From contig OX337230.1 in NCBI GenBank assembly GCA_946965045.2, forward strand, positions 4,305,364 to 4,369,363: a stretch of DNA of 64,000 nucleotides, in the 5' to 3' direction. A program made the translations under genes and the position numbers. This document shows positions 1 through 12,089 of this stretch, piece by piece (the stretch's first letter is position 1; every line of letters begins with the position of its first letter). Below the pieces are notes generated by a model that made no database searches, had not been told where the DNA came from, and saw only the letters and a program-made list of their open reading frames with translations. The stretch is from Epithemia pelagica (lineage: Eukaryota > Protista > Bacillariophyta).

Positions 1-2863
1 GACCGACTGGTTCTCCACCTCGGCCTTGCCCACGACAAACTGAAAGTTGTACTGCGCAATTTGGGCGTTGCGAACCTTTTTTTGCATGGTGTTTTTGGAG
101 AGATCGACATCGGCGTAATAGCCGGCATCGTGCAGTTGTTGCTGGACCTTTTGACAAAAGTCTCCAAAGTCGGCATGGACGGGAATCAACATGACTTGTC
201 GGGGACTCAACCACAAGGGCCATTTGCCACCAAAGTGTTCGCACAAGACGGCAAACATGCGTTCGACACTGCCCAGCATGGCACGATGGACCATGACGGG
301 TCGAGCAAACTGCTGTCCATTTTCCTTCCCATCTGTCGTGTATTGGAGATCGAATCGGATCGGCAATTGGAAATCCAGTTGGATGGTGGCACATTGATGC
401 ACACGTTCCATGGCATCCATGACCTTGATATCAATCTTGGGTCCATAAAAGGCACCATCTCCGGGATTGACTCTCCAACTCCCCTTGCCCGAGAAATCGT
501 CCATGGCATTGGCCAAGGCCTTTTCGGCCCGTTGCCAGAGTTCCAATTCTCCCAGGGCCTTGGCGGGACGAGTGGACAACTCCAACTTGTACGTCATACC
601 AAAGGTGGTGTAGACGGATTTCATAAAGTTGAGGGCACCCAGCACTTCGGCTTCAATTTGATCTTCGCGACAAAAAATATGGCCATCGTCTTGTTGAAAG
701 CGACGGACCCGTGTCAAACCGGTCAAGGCCCCCGAAAGTTCATTGCGATGCAAGACGCCAAAATCGGCGTACCGAATGGGCAAATCGCGGTAGGACCGGA
801 TCGCACTGGCAAACATGAGGCAATGACCGGGACAATTCATGGGTTTCATGGCCCATTCCTGGCCCTCGACTTCAAAGCTAAACATGGCATCCTTATAATG
901 CAAGGCGTGGCCGGACTTGTGCCAAAGATCGAGATTGAAAATGTTGGGTGTAATGATTTCATCGTAGCCGCGTTTCCAATAATGGGACCGGATGAATTCG
1001 ACCAGTTTATTGTAAATCCGAGCTCCATGCGGAAGCCAAAAGGCACTGCCGGCCGACAATTCGTGAAAGAAAATCAAATCTTGTTTGGCCGCAATCCGAC
1101 GATGGTCGCGTTCTTTAGCCTGTCCCGCACACACAGTCCAGAGAAAGCAAACAAGAGAAAGAGAATCAAGGAAAAGAAAGAGACAATCCGGTGAGAGGAG
1201 AGATACACCATCCGTAACCGAAATTCTGCGCGCAAGGGTCTACAATCGCACAACACACAAACACAAGAGTGTGGAAAACTCAGAAGAATCAGCGGAAATG
1301 GATAAGTGTGTATCAATCATGACCAAGCATGTTGGTTCTGAGAATGAGATTCGATACAGTTTGTTTCCTCATTGCTTCCCCCACGACATGCACGGTGCCT
1401 CGATTGGTAATGGTCCTTGTTCTGATTGTTCGTGGTCGTCGTACCTTTTCTTGGTTTTCTTTCCACACGGTCAAGAGTTTTTTATCGGGAAAGCTAATGC
1501 CATACATGCGTTGGAGAGAGTCATTGTTGGTATCGCCCAACCAATTGGTGGCGGAATGTCGAATGGCGGCAAAGGCCTTGACCTTACCGGAATGCGGCAA
1601 ATGCGGACCGCGGCACAAGTCAATCAAATCGCCACAGCGATAGACCGTGGTACGAGAGCCGTCGGGCACCTTGGTTTTCAATAGGGAAACCTTGAAGGGA
1701 TTGTCGGCAAACAATTCGAGGCCTTCTTCTTTGGTAATGACGAGACGCTCAAACTTTTGTTTTTGCTTGACAATCTTGGTCACTTCCTTTTGGACAATCT
1801 CGTCTATATTAGAGGAATCGGTAGTATTGATATCAAAAAGTAGAAAAAGACAAGCAACAATAGAAACAAACCAACAAACAAGTCAAGCGTGTGAGTCCGT
1901 GCGGTTCGGAACTAGAAAGAGAAGTGGTGGCAATTGGTTTGTCTGCTTCGTTCCAGTATACCTACAATCGTCTTCCCGAAGGGCATCGGATCCCATGAAA
2001 GAATCGTAATAAAAGCCACCGTCAAGCGGTGGTCCAATGGTGAGTTTGGATCCATAGGAATGTTCCAAGGCTTCGCCCATGATATGTGAGGAGGAATGCC
2101 AAAAGACGGTCGTGGCATCCTTGTCTTGACCAAACTTGAGAAATTCCATCTTGGCCACCGGTCCCACCAACGGACGGGTCATGTCCCACAACAACGTCTT
2201 TTGTGGAGAACCATTGGCGGCCGTGTCCGATTCTTGGTCTTGTGCTGGTTCGGCTTGTTCTTCGGTTTCGCCCATGGCATCGAGCATCATATCGACTCCT
2301 TCCATCCCATCTTCCCAAATGGAATAATCGGGCACAAAGGACGAGTAGGTGACACGTGCCACAACGGCACTGTCGGCCAATCCTTGACTAATGGATTGGG
2401 CGACATCGACGGGGGACGTTTTCCACGCCAAAAAGGGTTCCTGCGTCTTGCTGTGTTGCGTCAAGACGGTACCATCGGGTAGGGTAATGGCAATGGGAAT
2501 GGCTTGTTTCGTCTCGAGTTCGACTTGACGACGTTGGGCAATCGTCTCGTAGACCGCCAGGCGGTCTTTTAACCAGTCGGGATTTTGGGTACGACCCGGA
2601 AAGGAATCTCCCCCAATATGAGTTTGTTGCGAGGCATCCATTTTGGGACCACTGCCCGCCTTGGCACGACGGCCTTGTTGGCCACCAGCAGCCGAAGCAG
2701 CCGCAGTACTTTTTTGCTGGTTGTTGTTGTTGTTCGAGACATTGGGCTCATCCTTTTCGAATGTCGGTTGAGTGACACCGGGATAGTCCAAGACGGCAAA
2801 TTTGCGCGTGGCATTCATGGAAATATCCTCCTGTTTCTTGGCACCATTTTTGGGTTTGCCCAT
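1..2863 (-). CDS. TARS: Threonyl-tRNA synthetase, cytosolic type; 3 exons visible, 3' end outside the window
   Basis: ATG at 2863 (MGKPKNG). TGS-like ITLPDG, editing-domain [12 protein letters not shown] and DLCRGPH, core [35 protein letters not shown] introns at 1804-1965 and 1120-1444 join the frames (DDY/EIVQKE; QEK/AKERDH). Confidence 0.95.
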
Positions 2864-3341
2864 GGTGACAGTGTATGAGAGAGAGAAAGAGAGAGAGAGA
2901 CTGTTTGTAAATAGATTGCAATCGAGCGAGATTGGGAGAGTGCCGTGCCGTGCGACGACCAGAATCGATCCAACCAGCAGCACACTATAAAGAGAGAGAA
3001 AGAGAGATTGGCAGCAGAGTCCAGTGTCCAATAGAACAGAGAGAGAGCCTCGAAACACGCGGCCACAATGGGATAAAGTCTCCAACACACAAACGTGCAA
3101 GAGAACACACGGCTGATCCGATGAATGGATGCGAGAGATCGAAAGAAGCGCGGGTCTGCAACTTCCGGTAATGGACTCAAAACGTACGAAATCTTTCTAC
3201 TTCTCGGAGTATCGTCACGATAAAACAACCGTTTTCATATAGCGTTATCACACACCAATATATCTGATATGATCATATTAGACACAGATTCTTTCGATAT
3301 GAGGCATGCATCCCGAGTCACGGATGTCGGGGGACATTGTA

Positions 3342-3614
3342 GATGTCTTTTGATGTCGTTTGATGTCTTTTGATGTCGTTTGATGTCGTTTGTGTTTATA
3401 TCGCCAAGAGAAGCTCTACTCTCCAGCAGTTGGTATTCTTCAACAGAAAACACACCACTGATTGACGGTAGGCCCATCGCTGAATCAACTGAATGCGCAC
3501 CGCTTGATTTTGACTCAAACCATGTTTCCGCGCGAGCCCGAAACGACATTAAACGACATCAAACAACATCAAACGACATCCCTCACGACATCAAACGACA
3601 TCCCTCACGACATT
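3342..3614. repeat. Two inverted arrays of a 10-bp unit (foldback-like)
   Basis: 5 x GATGTC(G/T)TTT at 3342-3391. The reverse complement AAAC(G/A)ACAT(C/T) is repeated at 3541-3614, interspersed with CCTCACGACAT. Spacer ~149 bp. Confidence 0.85.
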
Positions 3615-3932
3615 CCCGTTTGTTCCATACTAGTGAGATTGTGAAACCATACTCTATGGCTTCATTATACGTATTTTGTATTAATATCCATCCTTTGTCG
3701 AAGAAGTTCTTGGTCTTGTACTCTGGGTATTGCTTGCGGATATGGGACTCACGGGTAGTTACCGGAAGTTGCTGAATCTTTTGTGGGGCGAGAAAATGGC
3801 CTCTTTGGCCCAAGCCAGTTTGCAATTTGAAAGTTCAAACATGGTTTTGAAAAATCGACGCTGGTGTCGTAGGCATGTCGCATGCTGCGTCGCCATTGCG
3901 TTCTTCAAGTCATTATTTTTGGTTCTGACATC

Positions 3933-6900
3933 ATGTCCACGACCCGGCAAGAAAGTTCATTTCTCGCATACTTTGTCATGCCATTTTTTGGGAACCACAA
4001 CGAGAGATATCATCATCCATCGGCGATCTCTCTCTCGAACAAAGATGAGAACGAAAAACGACATTGGATCCAAGACGACGACGACGAACAAAGATACATT
4101 ACTGATTGGAAGGATAGGCTACTACTTGTACAGATACTCATGATTCGAGGGAGACGACCACCAAGCAGCAGCAATATCGACAACCACGACACCACATCCA
4201 ACACCACCACGACGGCGACTACAAGTTTGGAGGAACTGAATGGACCTCACAACAACCATCACCCCAAAACAATGATTGTGCTGAGGCCACAACCTCCGCC
4301 ACCAGAATCATCATCACCCGAAGCAACAAACACAAGGACGACCACCATCACTGCCAGCACCAATACGAACGAACCATCGCAGTCTTTGTCCTCCTTCTCG
4401 TCTTTGTCGTTTCTCCAGGCGGTGCAACCGTTGCCACAGACACTCCGTCGCAGTACAAGTAGTGGCGATAGATCCTCGTTTCAACAAGCACAACCACAAT
4501 TGTATTATCGTCCCAAGAGTTCGCGCTTGTCGCGAGAGTCTCTGCGCCACTTGAATGTGGCCCAAATTCGATTGGATCATTATGCCTCCTTTACTTCGAG
4601 CAGCAGTACTCACCGTAATCATCCTCATCCTCCTGGCACTACTACGACAAGTCCTCATACTACAAAAGAACAAGAAGGAGGAGACACTTCTTCTTCTTCC
4701 TGGATCACCGCCACCCATTTATCGCCAGATGACGACCCAGTTCTACCGTTGCTGCATGGCCGAGAGTCCGAACTCCAAACCGTCATGGACTTTTTGTCGC
4801 AAGCATCCAACAAGAATGACAACGACAACAACAAGAGCCCAACCAACAAGTCGAAACCACCCTCGTCGTCGTCGTCGTCGTCGCGTCTGTTGTGGATTTC
4901 GGGAGAATCGGGAGTCGGCAAAACCTCCCTGGTACAAACCGCATTGCTGCACTATCGTCAGCAACAAGAACAATCACAACAACCACAATCACAACAATCG
5001 CAATCACCACGGCTGCTTGCCGTCTGGGGCAAGTTTGCCTTGGATTTTAGCCAGCAACCCACACGGCCCTATCAAGGCATTACGCAGGCCTGTCGACACG
5101 TTTGTCAGGTTTTGCTGCTCCACGACCAGGACAAGGACGATTCACCGACACAGCGACGACAACAACAAGAAGCACGACGAGACGAATTGCGACGCGCCCT
5201 TGGTAGCTCCCTCTCCACCTTGGCTACCGTCTTGCCCGAGTTGATGGACTTTTTGAACCCAAACGAGGACGAGGACGAGGAGCAAGGCACACCACCGCAA
5301 CCAGCAGTACCACCACCACCAACTACGATTCGGACCCAAGAAGCCCAAAATCGCTTGCGCCATGCCTTTGGTCGCTTTGTGGGGACCGTGACTCACTGGT
5401 TCCCAGTTGTTTTGGTCTTGGATGATTTGCAATGGGCCGATGTCGAATCCATTCGCTTGCTCGAATCCCTCCTCCTTGTCGTGGGTGTCAACAGCACGCC
5501 GGGCAGCACCACTCGGAATCCCAATCACCACAATCACCACCCATTGATGATTGTGGGCTGTTCTCGAAGCCATATTGAAACGGGTGGTCCCTTGTGGGAA
5601 CTCCTTCAAAAATGCAATGTCCCTGCCACATCCACCACAAATACATCGTCGCCATTGTCGTCCACTTTGACCAGCCATGTCCAGCATATCGACCTTGGCA
5701 ATTTGACAGTCGAGGCGACGAACGAGATTGTGGCCCATGTGCTCAACATGCCCGACGAGGAATGGACGACTTTGGAATTGGCTCAGGTGGTGCATCAAAA
5801 AACCTATGGCAATCCCTTTTTTGTCATTGCCTACCTTCAATCCTTGTACGACACCAAATTGTTGGACTTTGATTGGTTCGTCTTGCACAAGTGGACCTGG
5901 AACCTACCGGCCATTCAGGGACAATCCCAAGTCACACCCAATGTCGTACAATTGTTACGGGACAAGATGCAACGCCTGCCCGAGACCGTCTTGGTTCGAT
6001 TGCCGTTGGCGGCCTGTTTGGGAAGTACCTTTTGCCAGGACAAGTTCGCCGTCGTGTGGGAGCACATGGGGATGGACGAAATGAGCAAGGTGGTGTTGGT
6101 GGCGGCGGTAAGGAGTGGTTCTGGTGAACCACCACAAGACAAAGAAGCAGCAGCAGCAGCAGCAGCAGCACGAACGCAACGACACAGGGAAACGGAACAG
6201 GACAAGCTACTGCCGCTGCAAGTACCAGAACAAGCACAAGCCAACGACGATACCAACGACAAGGCGACAAGAGTAGTATTGTGCTGGATGAAGAATGCAC
6301 CGGGATGGATGCTTCTCGATGGTTGGAACTGTGTGTTCAGGCCGGCTTTCTCGTCGAGGTGGACCATTCCGCAGGCATGTACAGTTGGGTGCATGACAAA
6401 ATACAAGAAGCGGCCTTGGCCTTGGTACCGGTCCAGGAAATGGAGCTCATTCAATTCCGTGTGGGACAAGTCTTGTTGGACCATTTGAGTCGAGCCCAAG
6501 TTGCCGACAATATCTTTATTGTCGCCAATTTGTTGCTCAAGGGTCATGCCACCAACTTGTCGGTGGAACGACGGTTGGAAATTTGTCACTTGTGTCTCCA
6601 AGCCGGTCGTGCCGCTATTGTCGCGGCCTCCTTTGCTCCCGCCGCGCTGTACCTACGGGGTGGCATTGGCTTTCTTCCCGACCAGCATTGGACGACGGAA
6701 TACCACTTGAGCCTCGAGTTGTTTTCGGCAGCGGCCGAGGCGGAACATTGTATTGGAGAGCTGGATTCGATGCAAGAGCATTGCAATGCTGTCATTTAAC
6801 AACAAAAATACCACAATCGACCCATTACCGAAACCTTTCGTGTATGGAATGTCTTGACATCCTACATGAGTTGGACCAAAAACGACTACAAGACGGCTTC

Positions 6901-8511
6901 CGAAATGGCTCTCCAAGTTTTGGATCAGCTCGACTGTCGTTTGCCCAAACGAGGCAAGCTCTTTCATGTCCTGCGCGGTATTTTGCAAATGAAGGCGGAC
7001 ATGAGAAAGCTGGGTCCCAATGCCATTTTGTCGCCGGACCAAATGTTGGATACCAAAAAGATTCAAGCCATGATCATGTTGTACAAGCTTTCCACGTCGG
7101 CCTATGTGGAACGGTCTCTCTATTTGCCCTTGTCCATTTTAAAAAGTTACCAGTGGAGTGTCCAATATGGCATGTCGGAATACTCACCCGCCAACTTTGC
7201 TCTGGTCGGCCTCATTCTCATGTCGACCCTCAAGGTACGTGGGGATGGTGTGTGGTTTGTGTTTTTGTTGTTGTTGTCATGGATAGATATGTTTGTGTTG
7301 TCATGGATGGCTTGTATACACAAATGTACGTGTGTGCGTTTGACTTGACGGTGCGACAAACTTACACAATGGCACTCTTTCTTCCAGGATTATGACAAGG
7401 CTCGGATTTATGGCGAGTTTGCGGTTTCCTTGGTGGACTTGAAACAAGAATTCGAAGTGGCCAAATCTCGTACCATGTTCATTGCCCATGAATTCATTCT
7501 TCATGCGTCCAGGGCATACCAAACATGTCTCAAGCGATTTTTGGAGGGCTACGAGAGCGGTTTAACAACCGGTGATGTGGAGATGGCGTCGTGGAATATT
7601 GTCATGTATCTTGAAATGTCCTTCTTGATTGGTAAGAGCTTGCCGTCTCTAAACGAAGACTGGGACTTTTATACCAAGCAAATGAAATCGGTGAGGCAAA
7701 TGCAACAGTACAATATTGCCACCAACAAGTGACAAGTGGTCTTGAATCTCATGGGTCACTCGGCGGACGCCAACGTGTTGAAAGGTACAGTCTTTGACAT
7801 GGATGCCTTTACCGAAGAATGGGCCACGAAAAAGGCTCCTCCACCAGTCGTTATTTCGACATTTTATGCGAGAATTCACCAGGCGTACTTTTTGTGCAAC
7901 GACGTGGAGGGTGCCGAAGCCGTACTAGCCCTGCATCGACAATATGCCGACGAGGATATGAATCCGGTACGTGAAAAAACCAAAACACCTGAGAGTGGAA
8001 AAGTGGCGATTGCTGCTGTTTGTTGTTCCAACACGTAATGGTTCACTCTGCTTTCTAGGGGGCCTTTGTGGACGATGGTCGCCGTGCTCATTCGGCCGTA
8101 CTGTGTTACTCCGCCGCACGGAGAACCAATAAGAGGAAATATCTCTCGCAAGGTCGGAAATCGCACCGTCATATACGGGTGATTGGTCAAAAGGGCAATC
8201 CCAATTACGCGCATCTCGAAAAGCTTTTGGATGCCGAATACGCTGCTCTTCGAGGACGAAAGCTGATTGCCAAGAAATGCTACCAAGATGCTGTGACATT
8301 GGCGGCCAGGAGCGGGATTGTACACGAACAAGCGGTGATTAATGAACGATTTGGAGATGGTTGTGGAGATTCAAGCGAGGCGCAATACCGCTTCAAATGT
8401 GCCATTGATCTGTACAAGGAGTGGGGTGCCTTGGTCAAGGTCGACTTGGTGGAGCAAAAGCTTTCTTCCTGTATGGATCAAACAGAAATGGGTCCTCGTA
8501 TCGGTGGATGA
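3933..8511 (+). pseudogene. STAND/AAA ATPase with helical TPR-like C-terminus (COG3899-like 'multi-sensor kinase' ATPase family), disrupted
   Basis: Walker A GESGVGKT, Walker B VLVLDDLQWAD, KTYGNPFF, YSWVHDKIQEAA. Introns 7235-7387 and 7967-8058 restore the frame. In-frame stops at 6797 (TAA) and 7730 (TGA, in NK*QVVLNLMG). Frame change between ~6108 and 6280 (intron or indel). Start codon uncertain (3933 or 4140). Confidence 0.75.
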
Positions 8512-8774
8512 TGGATTTTCAGATGGCAGCATTGAGATCGAAAACAAGATGGTCAAACGGCATTCAGAGTATCTCGGGGATGATCGATCAACAATCAACG
8601 AGGGTTAAAGCAGCTATATTTTCGAAGAATTAGCTGTTGGTGCGAAAAATGAAACCAAGGAACGATCCTACAGTTTGAAACGTTCATGACTGTGGCAGAT
8701 TACTCAACCTCTCTTAAATCATGATTATATCTCGCTGCTCTTTGAAAACGCGATCGGTGGATCTCGAGATGCTA

Positions 8775-11364
8775 CTACCCAAATGTTTCTTGATGAAAGT
8801 CAAATCGAACTTTGCGATCCGAAAGCTCAATGCATGCCTTGCGACATAGATACGTGATTCTCTTGGGTCCACAAGCACAAACTGCTACGCGCTTTTCGCC
8901 TTGTTCAATGGCCTCTTGTCGCATTTGAGCAAACAAGGCAGCAATGTCTGGTCGACCAAATTTAAGACCGGGTAAATTGTGCGGAGTTAGCGCGTCCCTG
9001 GACTTGGTGAGATAAATATCGATATCCACCAAATCGCCTATGTTTGCACTATTCGGTAGCTTTGATCCTGCTTCATCTTTGAGATCCATTTCTGCTTCCA
9101 CGGCTTGTAAATCTTCATCTCGTTTTCGCGGTTCGCTCATGTGAGAGATACTTTCCGAGTGTTCAAGGTCCACCGTGACTTCATCAGGCGAGTTGGGGCT
9201 GTTTCCATTTGTATCCTCTCCCTCGTCTACCAGAGGACCGACGTGAAAGGTCTCGTTACTCGTCGATGGTGAATCTGTGACCATTTCACCTGAACTCTTG
9301 TCATCATTTTCAGACTTGCTTCCTGGTAAGACTGAACCTACCATTTCAAGAAAACCAACCACGTTTTCCAACAAGTTATCGAAAGGATTACCATGCATCT
9401 GCTCAACAGCTTCCTTATCGACATCACTGTTCCGCTTCGATCCTTGACTGCTCGCATTGTTATTCTCCTTCCCCTCCTCATCGGACGTACGAATCGTATC
9501 CTTGACCACCAATATGGTACTGCTTTCGTACAAGGAATCAAGTTGTTCATCGGTTTCTTGACTGGGAGGGATCGTGGCAAGAATTAGAGAAGCCAATGAG
9601 GCAGCACGATCCAAGCCAAAACGATCCAAGCCTACAACACTTCTGCTCTCGTTCATGTCCTCCTCGACTGTCAGATGCTTGCTTCCATGGAGATCGCTGG
9701 ACAAATCCGCAATTTTTGATTGAACCATGAGCTCTGGATCTCGTTGTATCCAAACAAACTTAAGTTTCTTCAATTGTCGGTCGCCCTCCGTTTGTTCGTG
9801 AAGCAAATGAGACAGCAAGGACTGCATGGGCGTTACTGAAAAGTCAAGGGTATCCCCAAATAAAGGTTAGAAAAAGACTTCGCCAGCAAAGATGAATACC
9901 AAAAGAGCTATGCCTTTATGGGCATGCCATGAAACTTACGCCCGATACCCCCACTAACGAGCAAAAATACTGCCAAGGAAAATGAGTGAACAACTCGCCC
10001 GTGAGACTCTTTTGTTTTCATGTTATATCCATTATGACGATGCGTACCCTTGTAATGTTCTGGACTGGTCACGTCAATGGCAAAGTTCCCGTATGGTCCT
10101 TCGATCAACATGTCCACTTGGGTCTTTTTCATGGCGAGCTTGTGCAAGGCCATGGTCCAATCTCCCGCCACTCGGACATGAATGGTGACAACCGGCTCAT
10201 GTGGGGCACTACTCAAGGAAAAAGGGTGCCACTCCCAGGCCGACAATTCCGGAATGGCCAAATATACTGTAGAATCACGATAAAACAAGAGAGCAGCCGA
10301 GAAACGAATCAGCGCTTTGTTGCAGTTTCTATATACGATACCAACAAACACAAGTCGTACGTACCGTATTGTCCTGGATTAAAGTCAAATCCCGATACCT
10401 TGGGGAATTCCAATTGAACCACCGAATCACTTACAATGCGCAAGGTGACTTGTCGGGGTTATCGGTATCGGGCCATGAAGAGTTTTCGCAGGAGCATATC
10501 CATACCAAATGTACAAAAGACAAATAAGGGAACCACGTAACCGGTATAGAACAGACTGCCAACCACAATACCCACGAGCATGAGCAAATGAAGGAGATAA
10601 AAGACTTGAAAGACCACTTTGCGAATCCAGGGCAAGGAGGTTACCATGAGGCCCACCACAAAGACCAACATCATGGTGCCGGATGTGTTCATGCTATTGG
10701 ACCCGAACAGTTCCTTTAGAAACGGTTGTTTTGTTGTGGTTGACGAATCGGAAGATATCTGAACCTCAAAATAGGCCACAGCATGAAGCAGACCTGTGAT
10801 CACGGTGAGATAACCCGCCAGTTTGTGATACAGGAGGGCTCGATCAAAGGGCAAGCCCAAGAGGAGCGTCAGGTACGAGTTTTTTTGCTCCAACAACAAG
10901 GCGGCGAACATACTAGCTCTGGAGACTTGCCCTGTAACAGAGACATTCGGTTTCCACCACGTATAACAGAGTGCGGCAGCCATTATGGCACCAAAGGGTA
11001 TCAAGAAGAGGATCTCACCATAAGTGACGTAGATGCGAAAATGATCCAAGAGTAGATTGCCTCGAATGCGCTTTTGCAATGGATACGAGAGAGTCCACCG
11101 CCACGCATACAAAGTTTGGATCCATGACGAAGTTCCCAGGCGAATAGTCTCAGGGAAACAATCGCGTAAGAGGAAGTACAGTGGAGGAAACTCCAAACTT
11201 GGATGTGGATTGTTCGGAATGCTGGTGGTTATTGAATCATTGCTAGGAGGTTGGGTATCCTCGACCTTCTCCGAACCATGGTGGTCGTCGATGTCAACTG
11301 GCGTCGCTGCCTCCTCACTCCTCTCCTGTTTGGTTCCTCTTTTTGGTGGTTGACCGGTCGTCAT
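8775..11364 (-). pseudogene. Ferric reductase/NADPH oxidase-like flavocytochrome, copy 1, nonsense-disrupted
   Basis: YHKLAGY..LLH, HPFSLSSAP, EGPYG, SGGIG, CGPK, FDFHQETFG. TAA at 10459-10461 where paralogs have TAT (ARYR*PRQ vs ARYRYPRQ). Fourth putative heme-ligand His replaced by Tyr (GSLFY vs ASLFH). Multi-exon. Confidence 0.8.
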
Positions 11365-12089
11365 GATGCAGAGGGTTTCACATAGAATGACAAAAATGCA
11401 CTGATGAGCCGTTGTAGGTTGTTTTTCGATCGCGGTCCAACCAACGCTTGTACCTACCGTAGTGTTGTTTCTTTTCTTTGCCACGCAGTCTTCACCGATC
11501 CGACTTCTTACAAAGACTGTCATCTTCCCTGATGGAAACAGAATCAGGATTCTTGTATGCCAAAATCAAGGCATGCCCATGATGGGATATATAGTGCGAA
11601 GAGTGCGGAGGGTAAGTTGGGTCGCATGTCGCATTTGCTTCTTTGATGGATCACTCTCAATCGTACCCCCAGGGGGAAGATTTCGGTCGCGCGTAACTTG
11701 AGTTTGTGTAGTGACTGTTGATCTTCCATGTCTAATGAGAATGATGTATTCACTGTGATCCTATGATAGAACGGTTTCTATTTTGGACACAATAACATGC
11801 TACAAACAAATAGGACCCAATGTCGCATCACGTTCATTGCCAGGAATCCTTCCTATATGCATCAGACAAATCTCAAGAAATGAATGGCTGATTATGAAAA
11901 CGGTTCCTTTTCTATGAATCACACTAGCTTCAAGATAGCGATTGTGTCAGGATCTCAAAAACGAAACGGCGGTCAGTCTGGGAGCAATCATGTTCCAATC
12001 GATCGATCCGCAATCAACGACAATTGAGTTGAGCTTATTGCCGCGGATATTCAAGATAGAGCCGGTCGTCGTCGCAGTCACACAAAGCA

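Noticed and set aside
61-1194. 377-aa plus-strand ORF
   Set aside because: Antisense shadow of ThrRS exon 3; no recognisable motifs.
2877-2900. (GA)n tract upstream of ThrRS; also (GCA)n near 6146-6170
   Set aside because: Ordinary microsatellites.
6797-10461. Alternative nuclear genetic code explaining the in-frame stops
   Set aside because: All three stop codons terminate intact genes in the window, and the interrupting stops correspond to different expected residues.
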